Part shown: positions 62,640-64,000 of the stretch, in pieces | Numbering within the stretch: the first letter of the stretch is position 1 | Layout of the letters: each line of letters begins with the position of its first letter | DNA from: Podarcis muralis | Lineage: Eukaryota | DNA: 64,000 nt | Reading direction: 5' to 3' | Assembly: GCF_964188315.1 (NCBI RefSeq) | Contig: NC_135673.1 | Span: forward strand, 27,838,001-27,902,000 | Program-made: the position numbers and the translations under genes | Notes under the pieces: generated by a model | What the model saw: only the letters and a program-made list of their open reading frames with translations | What the model was told of the DNA's origin: nothing | Database searches by the model: none

Positions 62640-64000
62640 TCTGGTGATCAAAAACACGAATTGTTTCAATGTATGGCAAAAAGATATTTCTAAATATATC
62701 TAGCAGGAGCGGGGGAGAACGAGAATAAAATATAAAATATTGAAAGATGTAAAAGACAGAGGAGGTTTCTCCCTGCTGGGTATGAGTTTATATTATGAAG
62801 CATTTTGCCCTTGACGGTTGAAGGAATGGATGACATTGGAGAATCCACATATCTTAGATTTAGAAGGTCATGGTAATATTTTTGGTTGGCACGCCTATTT
62901 GTGGTATGAAAAGGTGAAAGTACATAAAGGATTTACAAATCACATAATTAGGGGATTTTTTTATAGAGTATGGGATAAATATAAAAGTTGGTTGGAGACA
63001 AAAATACCACTTTGATTCTCACCTTTGGAAGCCATAGCGGTAATGAAAAAGAATATAATAGAAGGTTGGACAACTTATAGAAAATTATTAAAACAAGGGG
63101 GAGGAGAGTATAAATTAAAAGGATTTAAGGATTTATCAGGAAAGCTAACAACATGGATACAATATCATCATTTGAATGAAGTATTTAAGAAATATAGGAT
63201 ACAAGAGTTTGGGGAACAAATATCACAATTGGAGAGAGATCTGTTGTAATGTTAAAGTGCTGTCTGAAATCTATAAGATATTATTGGCATGGGAGACAAA
63301 GGATGAGCAAGTAAAATCTTCAATGATTCAATTTACAGCATGCTATAGTTTAAGAGAAAACTACTGTTATAAACATGGTATCAAACACTGACTAAATTGT
63401 CAAAAATGTATAAAACAAAATCAAATACGTGTTGGAAATACAAAGAGAAAGAAGGTATTTTTTATCATGTGTGGTGGTCTTGTAGTAAGATTAAAGCTTA
63501 CTGAGAAATGATTATAATGAATTGAAAAAGATGTTTAAAATAACATTTGTAAAAAAAACACACACACCCAAAAGCTTTACTTTTGGGAATTATAGGGGAA
63601 GAACTACCTAAACAGTATAGAAATGTATTCATGCATGTGACAACAGCGGCAAGAATCTTATTTGCCCAGAAATGGAAAGAAGGAAAAGTCCCAATGAAAG
63701 AATATGGATACAAAACTTGTGGAATACAGTGGTACCTCGATTTCTGAAACGTTCAGAAACTGAAAGCGGAAGCCTCAAAGTGGAAGCCTTAATATGGAAA
63801 ACTCAAAATGGAAGCCATGTTAACCTGTTCGACATCTGAGGCGTATTCGAAAACTGAGGCATTTACTTCCGAGTTTTCTGTATTCGAGTTCCGAAATGGT
63901 CGACTACAGAGGCGTTCGAAAACCGAGGTACCACCGTATGCAGAAATGGAGAAACTTACCAGAAAAAATAAGAAATCAAGATGACAAACTTTTATAACAG
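62640..64000 (+). mobile_element. L1-clade LINE ORF2 3' fragment (degenerate)
   Basis: RGGFSL..LYYEA motif and C-terminal zinc knuckle TCWKYKEKEGIFYHVWWSC; stops and frameshifts. Confidence 0.8.
63727..63936. mobile_element. Tc1/mariner MITE inserted in the L1 fragment
   Basis: TIRs cagtggtacctcg / cgaggtaccaccg, TA TSD at 63725-26 and 63937-38. Confidence 0.88.

Noticed and set aside
559-63713. The roughly 200 short ORFs in the track as independent genes
   Set aside because: 60-157 aa, no recognisable domains except where they overlap TENM1 exons or LINE remnants; expected by chance in intronic DNA
1-64000. A novel multi-gene or prokaryote-type system (defence island, CRISPR, operon)
   Set aside because: Every long coding signal is explained by TENM1 exons or decayed retroelements

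Overview
Vertebrate genomic DNA, very likely from a lacertid lizard: the inference rests on Podarcis-type Sauria SINEs, Squam3-like SINEs and a Bov-B fragment. The window is the interior of the teneurin-1 gene (TENM1/ODZ1) on the + strand. Ten GT-AG exons join into one open frame (10914-11066, 15934-16133, 18401-18611, 19756-19857, 21565-21759, 25390-25590, 37445-37630, 48238-48384, 53369-53585, 61273-61392; 1732 nt). They encode the juxtamembrane extracellular linker, all eight EGF repeats, the Cys-rich segment and the start of the Ig/TTR-like domain. The intracellular and transmembrane exons lie upstream of the window and the NHL/YD exons downstream. The rest is intron, dense in transposons (Sauria SINE, Squam3-like SINE, CR1, L2, L1, RTE, Bov-B, Penelope relic, Tc1/mariner, hAT and Harbinger-like MITEs, LTR-like elements) and microsatellites. 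Nearly all ORF-track entries are spurious or TE remnants. I found no prokaryote-style or multi-gene novel system. Best second-look items: three LTR-like elements sharing a long-range RNA stem with compensatory changes that overlaps their poly(A) signal; a sense-strand minimal hammerhead ribozyme relic with a mutated core; three intronic fold-back structures; an inverted SINE pair around the dimerisation-cysteine exons; an RGD motif in the ectodomain; and no detectable EGF7/8 micro-exon. Repeat boundaries and family names were read by eye and are approximate.
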